Shown in pieces: positions 9,117 to 17,953 of a stretch of DNA of 64,000 nucleotides. Source of the DNA: Verrucomicrobiota bacterium. Lineage in GTDB: Bacteria > Verrucomicrobiota > Verrucomicrobiia > Limisphaerales > J093. Location of the stretch: assembly GCA_012517065.1 (NCBI GenBank), contig JAAYVR010000026.1, positions 2,390-66,389 of the forward strand, in the 5' to 3' direction. The notes beneath the pieces are model-generated. The model made no database searches. It saw only the letters and a program-made list of their open reading frames with translations, and had not been told where the DNA came from. Position numbers and translations under genes: made by a program. Position 1 is the first letter of the stretch. The number at the start of each line of letters is the position of its first letter.

Positions 9117-10814
9117 CTACGAATCCTTGATGTGGCGTCCGCTTTGCGCGCGTTTTGCCATTTCCCTGAGGTCGCGCGGCGTCCATACCTTGACCGCCCC
9201 AGACCTTACGTCCACAGCTTCGATCCGGTCCGTGCACGAAAAGCATGGATCGATGCTCCCCAAAGCAATTGTCATGTCCGCCAGTTGTGCGTCCCGAATC
9301 ATCGAAGGCACACCCTGCAGATTCTGGTAGGTCGGCGCTCTGACCCGCCACCGTCGAGGCCGGTTGTTCTCGCCCGTGATCACGAAATGATGCGATTCAC
9401 CACGTGGGGCTTCGACCGAAGACAGGCCGAACCGCCCGGCCGGGAGATCTTCCTTGATCGGGGTCTGGATCGGACCTGGCTCAAGTCGCGCGAGGCATTG
9501 GCGGATAATGCTTATTGATTCGAATACTTCGTCGGTTCGCACCACCAACCTGCCCCACACATCGGCGCTCTGGGCGGTTATCACTCGAAAATCGACCCTG
9601 TCATACGCCGCGTATGGATGATCGCGCCGGCAATCAATGTCAACGCCCGCTGCGCGCGCAACAGGTCCGATCAACCCCATTTCTTTCACAACACTCGCGT
9701 CAGCAACGCCAACGCCACACGTTCTTCTTTGGATGTTCTTGTCGTTCTTGACCGCCCTGGCCACGTTGTGCCATTCGCTTTCGAGCTTGTCCAAAACTGT
9801 TTTGAGCTCATCACTCAGCTCAGAGGTAATATCCCATCTTACCCCGCCAATCACGCACAAGCCGTAGGTCTTGCGATTGCCACTGATCTTCTCCGCAATC
9901 CACATCACCGGTTCCCGAACTCTGAAGGCCTGCATGAACAGCGTGTCAAACCCAACAATGTGACACGCCAAACCAACCCACAAAAGATGGCTGTGCAGCC
10001 GTTCCAGCTCCAGCATTATGGTGCGAATGTACTCCGCACGGGGCGGCGGACGCAAAGCAACGGCTTCCTCGACCGATTGCGCGTATGCAACGTTGTGCAC
10101 GCAGCCGCATATCCCGCAAATCCGCTCCGCCATGATCGGAATGTCATTGTACCCCAGCACGCTTTCAGCCAGTTTCTCGATCCCCCTGTGCACCATGAAA
10201 CCCCGATACTCGCACCCGCGAACGGTTTCCCCTTCAACGTACAGACGAAAATGTGCCGGCTCATCCAACGTCGGATGAAAAGGCCCAAACGGCACCACAG
10301 TGCAACCTTCCGGAGGATCATCGAAATCGTAGCCAGCCCCGCTCTCGTCACAATCCGGCGCCTCATCCCACTCGACATCCTTCCGCAAAGGATGCAGGCC
10401 TTCCGGCCAACCATCCGGCAAAACTAACCGCTTCGGATACGGATGCCCCACCGCCTCGATCCCAACAAGGTCACGCATTTCGCGTTCGGCCCAATTCGCC
10501 GCCGGCACAACATCGGAAATGCTCTCGATCCGCGGCGAGTCAGCCGGCAGCAGACACATCACGCTCACCAGCAACCGGTCCCGGTCAAACGCAAAGTTGT
10601 GCGCAACCATGAAACAACCCGACCACGGCCGATCGTCGGCCCCAATCGTTATCACGTACCGGGCGTCCAGCTCACGAAACAATGCCCGACACACCTCCTT
10701 CACCGATCTCGGCTCGACAAACACGTAAAGTCGGCGATCGCTCGTCAGGTCGGCGCGAATAATCGCCGCCCCAAACCGCTGCCGCAAAAAACCAAGTTTC
10801 TCTCTCGCCGCCAT
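9117..10814 (-). CDS. [NiFe]-hydrogenase large subunit fused to a NuoC-like domain (HycE-like, group 4)
   Basis: 565 aa. N-terminal NuoC-like part, then NiFe ligand motifs RICGICGCVH and DPCFSCTDR. Confidence 0.95.
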   Translation of the reverse strand: MAAREKLGFLRQRFGAAIIRADLTSDRRLYVFVEPRSVKEVCRALFRELDARYVITIGADDRPWSGCFMVAHNFAFDRDRLLVSVMCLLPADSPRIESISDVVPAANWAEREMRDLVGIEAVGHPYPKRLVLPDGWPEGLHPLRKDVEWDEAPDCDESGAGYDFDDPPEGCTVVPFGPFHPTLDEPAHFRLYVEGETVRGCEYRGFMVHRGIEKLAESVLGYNDIPIMAERICGICGCVHNVAYAQSVEEAVALRPPPRAEYIRTIMLELERLHSHLLWVGLACHIVGFDTLFMQAFRVREPVMWIAEKISGNRKTYGLCVIGGVRWDITSELSDELKTVLDKLESEWHNVARAVKNDKNIQRRTCGVGVADASVVKEMGLIGPVARAAGVDIDCRRDHPYAAYDRVDFRVITAQSADVWGRLVVRTDEVFESISIIRQCLARLEPGPIQTPIKEDLPAGRFGLSSVEAPRGESHHFVITGENNRPRRWRVRAPTYQNLQGVPSMIRDAQLADMTIALGSIDPCFSCTDRIEAVDVRSGAVKVWTPRDLREMAKRAQSGRHIKDS

Positions 10815-10838
10815 GTTAACAGTTTGTCACCTCGATTC

Positions 10839-12788
10839 TCACCCGCTTTTCCGGCCGTTTCCTCTTGATGCCACAGCCGATTCTTCAACCATGCTCCCGC
10901 GCCACCCGCCACCAACCCACCTGAACAGCCTCTTTATCTCCCCGTAATACCCGTGCGCTCGATAACGATTGTGTTCGCCTTCCCGCGCATAACCGCACAA
11001 CCACGGTTCAGCGATGCGCCGACTCGCGCCCCCCGCCCTGCTCACCCACAACGCAACCAGCAGCCCTCCCACCAACACCAAAGCAACACCCGCAGGAGCA
11101 AACACCGCCGCGCCATTGTCCAGTGTGACTCCCCACCATGCACCGCCGGAGGCTGTTGTTCCTGCTGCCAATGCTTCGCCCCAGCCCTGATGACTCTGCC
11201 GCAACGCCGTCCCAATCAGGACCACACCCAACGCGGGCCAAATTCCCAGCAATACGCAGGCCGCCGCAAGAAACACCTGCGGCACCTGCATCAATCCCCC
11301 GACCTCAAGCCGACCGCGGCTTGCAAACCGTTCTTTCACCAACTTGCTGCTGCGCGACAGGAAGCTCGCACCAAAGAACTTCATGAACGAAGCCAATGTA
11401 AGCGCGCTTGTAAGAATTGCTATCAGACCGCACACAGCAAGGTACTTGACGGCGCTGCTGCCGGTAATGCACGCCACATAAATGTGCCACTTGCTGGCAA
11501 ACCCGTTGAACAACGGCACCCCCGCAATCGAGAACGACGCAATGCACGCAGTCGCCGCCGTCAGCGGCATCAGGCGCACCAATCCTCCCATCCTATTCAG
11601 GTCTTGTGTGCCAGTGGCCCACAACAACGAGCCCGCGTTCAAAAACAGCAGCGCCTTGAACAGCCCGTGATTAAGCACGTGAAACAACGCGCCGCACAAA
11701 CCCACCGCCGCAAGCGTCGCGCCAATGCTACCCCCTTTGGCCAGCAGCACCATGCACGCCCCTGCCCCAAGCATGATGTAACCGATCTGCCCTATGCTGT
11801 GGAACGCCAGCAACCGCTTCGATTGTTCCTGTCGCAGCGCCTGCATCGTGCCGGTGAAAAGCGTGATCGTCCCCAGCGCTACAACCAATGCGCCCCACGA
11901 TGCCATCGGGAATTCTGCGCGCACCGCCGGCGACGGCAGCCACAGAAAATACCGCATCAGACCGTATGCGCCTGTCTTGATCATCACGCCCGAGAGCATC
12001 GCGCTCACTGGCGAAGGCGCCGCCGGGTGCGCGTCGGGCAGCCAAAACTGCCCAAACGGCCACATCCCCATCTTTATGCCAAACCCGATCAGGAACAAAC
12101 CAAACGCAATCGCCGATGCAGTCGGCCGCGTCTGCAACATGGCAGGCAAATTGCTCCTGACACTCTCGAAATCGTATTTCAGCCCGCCTGCGCCGGTGGC
12201 AGCCGCGCCGGTAAGCGCAAGGAGTTCCGCGCCAACCATCGTTGCCACACACGCAATCTGCATCATCAGAAGGTACTTGTTCGCTGCGCGGACGTTCTGG
12301 CGGATGCGGTGCTCGTATCTGATGAGCGCATAGCCCGGCATGGTCATCATTTGCCAGAAAATGAAGAAAAACCACATCATGTCCGTCGTGGTCAGCAACC
12401 CGTACATCGCCGCCAGAAAAACAAGAAAATAGGGATAGTACCTGCCAACACCGTACCCGCTGTAGTGGTCCATGTACCGGATGCCGTAAAGCGCTGCCGG
12501 CACCGCAACCAGCACCGACAACACCAAAAACACCGCGCTCAAACCGTCCACATGAAGCCGCAACGCAAATCCCAGTGCCGGCATCTGAAGGAACTGGGCC
12601 GGTTCTTCAGACGCTCCGCCCGCAAAAACCCGGGCCACAGCCGCCAGCACCAGAGCACCAGAAAGCGCCGTCACGAGAAACGCAGCCCAACCCGCCAGCC
12701 TCCTGCTGGAAGCAACAGCAGCGGTCAGCACCGCGCCGCCAAGGCACAGAAAAATCGCTCCTACGACTGCTTGTTCAGGCGTCAACAC
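10839..12788 (-). CDS. antiporter-like membrane subunit (NuoL/M/N, HycC/HyfB-like)
   Basis: 649 aa, about 14-16 TM. Conserved proton-pump blocks (WLPDAHPAAPSPVSAMLSGVMIKTGAYG, HSIGQIGYI). GTG start overlaps the stop of the protease gene. Confidence 0.9.
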   Translation of the reverse strand: MLTPEQAVVGAIFLCLGGAVLTAAVASSRRLAGWAAFLVTALSGALVLAAVARVFAGGASEEPAQFLQMPALGFALRLHVDGLSAVFLVLSVLVAVPAALYGIRYMDHYSGYGVGRYYPYFLVFLAAMYGLLTTTDMMWFFFIFWQMMTMPGYALIRYEHRIRQNVRAANKYLLMMQIACVATMVGAELLALTGAAATGAGGLKYDFESVRSNLPAMLQTRPTASAIAFGLFLIGFGIKMGMWPFGQFWLPDAHPAAPSPVSAMLSGVMIKTGAYGLMRYFLWLPSPAVRAEFPMASWGALVVALGTITLFTGTMQALRQEQSKRLLAFHSIGQIGYIMLGAGACMVLLAKGGSIGATLAAVGLCGALFHVLNHGLFKALLFLNAGSLLWATGTQDLNRMGGLVRLMPLTAATACIASFSIAGVPLFNGFASKWHIYVACITGSSAVKYLAVCGLIAILTSALTLASFMKFFGASFLSRSSKLVKERFASRGRLEVGGLMQVPQVFLAAACVLLGIWPALGVVLIGTALRQSHQGWGEALAAGTTASGGAWWGVTLDNGAAVFAPAGVALVLVGGLLVALWVSRAGGASRRIAEPWLCGYAREGEHNRYRAHGYYGEIKRLFRWVGGGWRGSMVEESAVASRGNGRKSG

Positions 12789-13330
12789 CTGGCCACCTCC
12801 AGCATCTCTCCAATCAACGACTCCAAAACGTTCAAGCTCTCTCTCACCGGCGCCGATAGACCGGTTCCGCGTTTCACTGACTCAGGTTTCACGCCCAAAA
12901 GCCACACTCGGGCCCCGCCAACTTCTTCGATATATTTCCCCAACAAACCTAGCCCGATTCTGTGAGTCGAAACCTCCAAACGCAATTCTTCCAACTCGTT
13001 GCAGTCCATCAGCACAATCGTCCCTGGGTCGCCTTCACACGCAACCGCATCCACAAACAACACCCGATCAAACCCGCCTTCAACCAGCCGACGCGAATGC
13101 CGCTCAGGTTCAACGCCCGCAACAATAAACTCGCAGTTCGCCCGCCCTCCAAACCCTCCAAATCGAGCGTCTTCGCCATCGTCGCCCAGAACACCAAGCC
13201 TGTTCATGAGCCCGTTCACCAGACACACTCCGAACCCGTCGTCGCCGCTCTCGGTGTTGCCGATGCCGACCACGGCCACGCGCCCTGGAGCGCCAAGGAT
13301 GCTGTGCAAGTGTTGTCTGATGTCGTTCAT
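12782..13330 (-). CDS. hydrogenase maturation endopeptidase (HycI/HyaD family)
   Basis: 182 aa. RVAVVGIGNTESGDDGFG and FVDAVACEGDPGTIVLMD motifs. Its ATG shares one base with the upstream stop (TGATG). Confidence 0.85.
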   Translation of the reverse strand: MNDIRQHLHSILGAPGRVAVVGIGNTESGDDGFGVCLVNGLMNRLGVLGDDGEDARFGGFGGRANCEFIVAGVEPERHSRRLVEGGFDRVLFVDAVACEGDPGTIVLMDCNELEELRLEVSTHRIGLGLLGKYIEEVGGARVWLLGVKPESVKRGTGLSAPVRESLNVLESLIGEMLEVARC

Positions 13331-14235
13331 CAGATGTCTTCGCCGAGTTTCTTGATTTGCTCGTAAGTGAAAACCGGCCCGTCAACGCAAACGTACGCAA
13401 CCCCGATGCAGCAATGGCCGCACTTGCCAACCCCGCATTTCATGTAGCGTTCAAGCGTCGAAACAATGTCGCGTTCCGCAAAACCGAGTTGCAGCAGGTC
13501 CTTGATCGCAAAACGAAACATCACGGGCGGTCCGCACACAAACGCCGTCGAGTTCGCCACCGCCACGTTGATCCCCGGTTTCTTCAGCAGGCTGCCCACC
13601 ACGCCAACATTCCCTTTCCACCCGTCCGCCGGGCGATCAACCGTGACATGGCACTCGAGCCCCGCAGATTCTTCCCACGCTTTCAAATCCCGCACGTACA
13701 TCAAATCTGACGGCGTCCTCGCCCCGTAAAAAACCTGAAGCCGACCGTAACGCTCCCGATGAGCCATCGCATATACAATGCAGGACCTCAACGGGATCAA
13801 ACCTATCCCGCCCGCCACAAACACAAGGTTCCGACCGTAGTATTGTTCCATCGGAAACCCGTTGCCATACGGACCACGCACGCCGAAAATCTCGCCCGGC
13901 TTCAGAGCATGAAGCGCAGCCGTGCAACTGCCCACATTCCGAACCGTGAAAAACAGTTCGTCCTCAGTCGGGCTCGGCGGCAACGAAGCCGGAAACTCCC
14001 CCACGCCAAACAATGAGACCTGCGCAAACTGACCCGGCCTGAACGCACGGAATTTCGCTTGCTCAGCCGCATCAACAAAATGCCAGTAAAAGGTTTTTAC
14101 TTCGGCAATTTCGTCCTGGACCCCGTCGAGCACGGCCAGTTTTGGCATATAAACGTTCTCAACCGGGCCGGGAATCGCGCCATCGAGCACGCCACGACCT
14201 TCAGCCGCTACGGTGATTTTGCCATTAACGCCCAT
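13330..14235 (-). CDS. FAD/NAD(P)-binding oxidoreductase with C-terminal [2Fe-2S] (sulfhydrogenase gamma / AsrB / PyrK-like)
   Basis: FNR-like fold blocks (RPGQFAQVSLFGVGEFP, LVFVAGGIGLIPL) and CGVGKCGHCCIG cluster motif. ATG at 14235; the track ORF begins at a TTG at 14265. Confidence 0.85.
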   Translation of the reverse strand: MGVNGKITVAAEGRGVLDGAIPGPVENVYMPKLAVLDGVQDEIAEVKTFYWHFVDAAEQAKFRAFRPGQFAQVSLFGVGEFPASLPPSPTEDELFFTVRNVGSCTAALHALKPGEIFGVRGPYGNGFPMEQYYGRNLVFVAGGIGLIPLRSCIVYAMAHRERYGRLQVFYGARTPSDLMYVRDLKAWEESAGLECHVTVDRPADGWKGNVGVVGSLLKKPGINVAVANSTAFVCGPPVMFRFAIKDLLQLGFAERDIVSTLERYMKCGVGKCGHCCIGVAYVCVDGPVFTYEQIKKLGEDI

Positions 14236-15325
14236 CAGCCGGAACAGGTTCGATCTTTTCTTCAAGCGCTGCAGCGCGCCTGATCATTTCTACAACGCTT
14301 GGCATGCCAACATCGCCGTGGCACACGGCGGCGCACCGGCCGCATCCCACGCATGCCATGCTCAATTCACGTTGAATGAAATAATGCGCCAGTTTCCTGA
14401 AAAACCGGCGGTTGCGCCTGTCGTGCACGCTCTTTCGCGGATTGTGCCCGCCTGCCATCCTCGTAAACCCGCCAAGCGCACACGAATCCCAAATCCGCAC
14501 ACGCTCGATCTCGTCGCGCCCTGTTGGCCTGTCCGACACAGTGAAACACGTGCAAGCCGGACAAACATAGGTGCATCCGCCGCACTCCAAACAACGGTTG
14601 CCAATTTCCTCCCATGTCCTCTCAGGCACGGACCCTTGGGACACATATCGGACCGTTGCACTGAACCAACAGGTGGTTGTCTTGAATCTCTTTCGCACTT
14701 CGCTGAGGATTTGCCGCCGGCGCTCGACATGTTCCTGTGCAGCTCTTGTGAAGATTGGTTCTTCGAACAGAGCTTCCCCCGCAGACGACCCTGCAACCGC
14801 AAGCAGCTCGCCTGCCCCAAGGTCCATCAGTTGCAGGTCGAAATGGTCCCTCGCCGCCGGCCCGGTATCAGTGCATACACAGAAACAGGCGTCGCTGATG
14901 TCCAACTCCGCATTCGTGCAGACAACGTTCACCAGCAACAGTTCCCGGCGCCGCCTCGCGTAGTACGTGTCCGGAAATTCACGGCCGAGATAAAACCGGT
15001 CAAGGTGGTATATCCCCGCCACATCGCATGAACGAATCCCAAATATCGCGCGCTTGGGCGCCTCATAGGTCGCCTGAATGTCATACGCGCCGTTGGCGCG
15101 TTTCACCCGCAGCAACCGCTCGATCGGCGGCAGCACAAACCGCTTCGGAGGATAATACGGATTCGGCACATGCAACCGCACACGGCCGATGTTCTCATCC
15201 GTCACCGTGTCATAGTAGGTGTCGCGCCCTTTGTTGCAGAAAGGCGCAACGACTTCGTACCCGCGCCGGCGAATCGCGTTCACCAGCATCGCAAGGTCTT
15301 CGCTGCGCATCAAACGCGCTTTCAT
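14225..15325 (-). CDS. 4Fe-4S dicluster protein (sulfhydrogenase beta / AsrA-like)
   Basis: 366 aa. CLECGGCTYVCPACTC and CVGCGRCAAVCH motifs. ATGA overlap with the upstream Mo-pterin gene. Confidence 0.85.
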   Translation of the reverse strand: MKARLMRSEDLAMLVNAIRRRGYEVVAPFCNKGRDTYYDTVTDENIGRVRLHVPNPYYPPKRFVLPPIERLLRVKRANGAYDIQATYEAPKRAIFGIRSCDVAGIYHLDRFYLGREFPDTYYARRRRELLLVNVVCTNAELDISDACFCVCTDTGPAARDHFDLQLMDLGAGELLAVAGSSAGEALFEEPIFTRAAQEHVERRRQILSEVRKRFKTTTCWFSATVRYVSQGSVPERTWEEIGNRCLECGGCTYVCPACTCFTVSDRPTGRDEIERVRIWDSCALGGFTRMAGGHNPRKSVHDRRNRRFFRKLAHYFIQRELSMACVGCGRCAAVCHGDVGMPSVVEMIRRAAALEEKIEPVPADGR

Positions 15326-17349
15326 TCTTTCACCTTTTCGATGCGCACTGGAATAAGTTGCTCGCCCGTGCCAGCACCGCGCATCTGCCGCTCGACTTCG
15401 CGCACAAAATACGGAACAAAAACCGTCCCACGACGCACTTCCTTGGTGACGCGCGCAACTGAAACCGCCTCGCCCGTGGAAGAACAGAGGCGAATCTTCG
15501 CCCCGTCTCTTACGCCGAGCATCGCCGCGTCTTCGGGATTGATTTCGACAAACCCATTCGGATAGTCCAGCAAAAGTATCCGATACTCCCGTTTCAGGGT
15601 CTCACTGTGGCGAATGAGCACATTCTGATGCCAGTAATAAAGCGAGTGCCCAAGTACCAACGTGAACGGGTATTCCTTTGACATTGCAGCGCCGCCAGAA
15701 GCTTCACGCGGCACGGGAACAAACTTGAAACGACGTGCCGGCCCGTCTTCCCCAAACAAAAACCGCGTGCCCAACGGCCGGTCTTTGGTGCATGGCCATT
15801 GCCGACCGTAATCCCGTGCCAGATTCTCGTACGACGCGCCACTGTAAAACGGAACCGCAGCGCCAATTTCTTCCATCACATCCGAACTGTCATTGTACCG
15901 CCAGTCCGCTCCCATCAATTGCGCGACGCGCGCAATCTGCTGCCACGCAGGCGTCAAACTCGGCGCCGATTCCAACACCTTTTCCGCAAGCTGAATCCGG
16001 CGCTCGGTGTTCGTGAAAGATACGCGCTCCTCACCAAAAGCAGTTGTCGGCAAAACCACATGCGCACGACGCGCTGTCTCTGTCAGAAAAATGTGCTGCA
16101 CAACAACCAACTCCATCCCGTCGAGCACCTTCGCCGCATCCCCAAACAACGCGGTGTTCACAGGGTCATACCGGCAGAGCCATAAAGCTCTAAGGTCTGA
16201 AGTGGAATTCCTCCCGAACAGTTCTCTCGCGCCCCGGCCGGGAACCGACGGAAGCCGCGCGCCCCAAAGCCGCTCGAAACGCGCACGCGCCTCATCGCAA
16301 ATGACAGGCTGGTACCCGGGGAACCGGTCCGGCAACATCCCCATGTCGCAAACACCCTGAAGATTGTTTTGCTCGGCAAGGGCGTAGATGCCCGCTCCTT
16401 CCTTTCCGACGTTTCCACACAGCAGCGCAAGGTTCACAATCGCGCGAATCGTTTCCTTGCTGCGCGCTTCCATCCCTGTCGAATAGAGCAGGGCCGCTCT
16501 TTTGGCGCGTGCGTAAATTAGGGCCGCTTCCTCGATCTGAGCAGGATTAACACCGCATTCCTCCGCTGCCGACCAAAGATCGTATTCCTGCAATCGCGCG
16601 AGAAACGCGCCGTAATCCTTGCAGTGCGCGCGGATGAAACCCAGATCGCGCAATCCCCGATCGTAAATCACCTTCGCCATCGCACCGTAAAGGACTGCCT
16701 CTGTTCCGGGATGCACTTGAAGGAACAGATCGGCGCTTTCGGCCACCCGATGTCGCCGGGCATCAATCACGATCAGTTTTGCCCCATTTAGTTTGGCCCG
16801 AATGACAACGCCCCCAACAGTGGGCAATTGCAGACCAAGGTCCACACCGTCCACCACAATCACATCACTCAGATCCAGCTCGCCAATCGAGTTGGTCGTG
16901 GCTGGCACTCCAATCATTTCGTCCAAAACCTGAATGCTGTTGTTGCAGTAGGCGCCTGTCCCGTGATCGACATTGTTCGTTCCCACAACCCCGCGCGCGA
17001 GTTTCTGCAGCAAATAGCTCTCCTCGTTCGAGCATCGTGGTGAATTGAAGAATGCAAGTGCATCTGGACCGTGCCGGTCTCGTATGCTTTTCAGCCGGTC
17101 TGCAACATAACCCAATGCCTCGTCCCACCCGACCTCGACAAGCTCCCTACCGCGCCGCATGAGCGGCATTTTCAATCGATCGGGTGAACTGGCCACCTCG
17201 TGCACGTGCCAGCCCCGAACGCAAATCCTTCCACGGTTCGCCGGATGCGACATGCTCGGATAAACGCCGGTGATCCGGTTTCCCTCGGTTTCGAGGTAAA
17301 TACCGCATCCGACACCGCAAAAAGTGCACGTGGTCAGTCGTTGGGCCAT
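15322..17349 (-). CDS. FdhF-like molybdopterin (bis-PGD) oxidoreductase subunit with non-canonical active-site residues
   Basis: 675 aa. N-terminal 4Fe-4S motif CTFCGVGCG, and strong block similarity to formate dehydrogenase H (GTNNVD, QNNLQGVCDMGMLPDRFPGYQ). However it has Tyr-Cys where FDH has (Sec/Cys)-His, and Ala where FDH has the catalytic Arg. No in-frame TGA. Confidence 0.85.
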   Translation of the reverse strand: MAQRLTTCTFCGVGCGIYLETEGNRITGVYPSMSHPANRGRICVRGWHVHEVASSPDRLKMPLMRRGRELVEVGWDEALGYVADRLKSIRDRHGPDALAFFNSPRCSNEESYLLQKLARGVVGTNNVDHGTGAYCNNSIQVLDEMIGVPATTNSIGELDLSDVIVVDGVDLGLQLPTVGGVVIRAKLNGAKLIVIDARRHRVAESADLFLQVHPGTEAVLYGAMAKVIYDRGLRDLGFIRAHCKDYGAFLARLQEYDLWSAAEECGVNPAQIEEAALIYARAKRAALLYSTGMEARSKETIRAIVNLALLCGNVGKEGAGIYALAEQNNLQGVCDMGMLPDRFPGYQPVICDEARARFERLWGARLPSVPGRGARELFGRNSTSDLRALWLCRYDPVNTALFGDAAKVLDGMELVVVQHIFLTETARRAHVVLPTTAFGEERVSFTNTERRIQLAEKVLESAPSLTPAWQQIARVAQLMGADWRYNDSSDVMEEIGAAVPFYSGASYENLARDYGRQWPCTKDRPLGTRFLFGEDGPARRFKFVPVPREASGGAAMSKEYPFTLVLGHSLYYWHQNVLIRHSETLKREYRILLLDYPNGFVEINPEDAAMLGVRDGAKIRLCSSTGEAVSVARVTKEVRRGTVFVPYFVREVERQMRGAGTGEQLIPVRIEKVKE

Positions 17350-17475
17350 ACCCAGACCGTCTTCCGGTCATGGCGGATTTCGTCGAATTCAAACTCGAGT
17401 TTTCCAACGCCGGTTCCGCCCCCGGTGAGTACGCCCAAAACCTAAAACCATCAATCAATTGAGCCAACCTTGCTT

Positions 17476-17501
17476 TGCCAAAACATCCACGTTTTTTGGC
17501 A
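17476..17501. promoter_or_regulatory. perfect 8-bp inverted repeat TGCCAAAA-N10-TTTTGGCA upstream of the hydrogenase operon (candidate operator/UAS)
   Basis: Read directly from the sequence. Centred about 140 nt upstream of the ATG at 17349, in otherwise unique DNA between the operon and the repeat field. Confidence 0.35.
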
Positions 17502-17585
17502 GCAACTCCTGGAATCTCCCACCGATTCACGACCGAACACTGATTGACTCCCCGGCCGTTGCCCCGGCTTCATTGGCCGGGCGCC

Positions 17586-17953
17586 CTAGCCCGCATATTT
17601 CCCAGCCCGGGGTAGCCGGAACCAAAGTCGCCCAACGGGCAACGCCCCCGGCTCTCGCACCCCCCGGACCTTCAGCCGCGCCGGGCTGGGAAATATGCCC
17701 TGCGACTCCGTCGCCGGGAAGAGCGCGCTGATCAAGCCCCCACTGCACGCGGCGCCGCCGCGGTTGCAGTGGGCGTTGGTAGGCGCGAAGCGCTTGGAGT
17801 GCGGCAGCTTGCTGCCGCTTTGTTTCTTATGCGCGAACAACGTGTCTGGCACTCTATTTACATCTCCACTGATGCATTCGGCGCGCCGGGCACGGCACTC
17901 CCTACCATTGATGAAATCTTGCGCAAGGCAGGGCGGGCGCTCCGCGCACACCG
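17586..17953 (+). repeat. composite repeat, modules A-B-C-K
   Basis: A is a long hairpin (cccgcatatttcccagcccgg ... ccgggctgggaaatatgccc). B contains gcgaagcgcttggagtgcggcagcttgctgccgctttg. C is the 25-nt joint. K is gatgaaatcttgcgcaaggcagggcgggcgctccgc. Each module recurs elsewhere in the window. Confidence 0.9.

Noticed and set aside
10953-12965. 670-aa + strand ORF (similar cases: 60398..61720, 53254..54369, 901..1533, 9618..10427)
   Set aside because: These are antisense shadows of well-supported minus-strand genes in GC-rich DNA. Products are Arg/Pro/His-rich, low complexity, and have no recognisable motifs.
15322-17349. Selenocysteine recoding in the FdhF-like gene
   Set aside because: The ORF is uninterrupted and no in-frame TGA occurs at the position aligned with FdhF Sec140. 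The residues there are Tyr-Cys.
17476-17512. Sigma54 -24/-12 promoter (TTGGCAAAGCAAGGTTGGC on the minus strand) upstream of the hydrogenase operon
   Set aside because: The GG and the following TTG(G)C are spaced 2 nt too far apart and the -12 element is TTGG rather than TTGC. The TGGCA is simply one half of the palindrome reported above.
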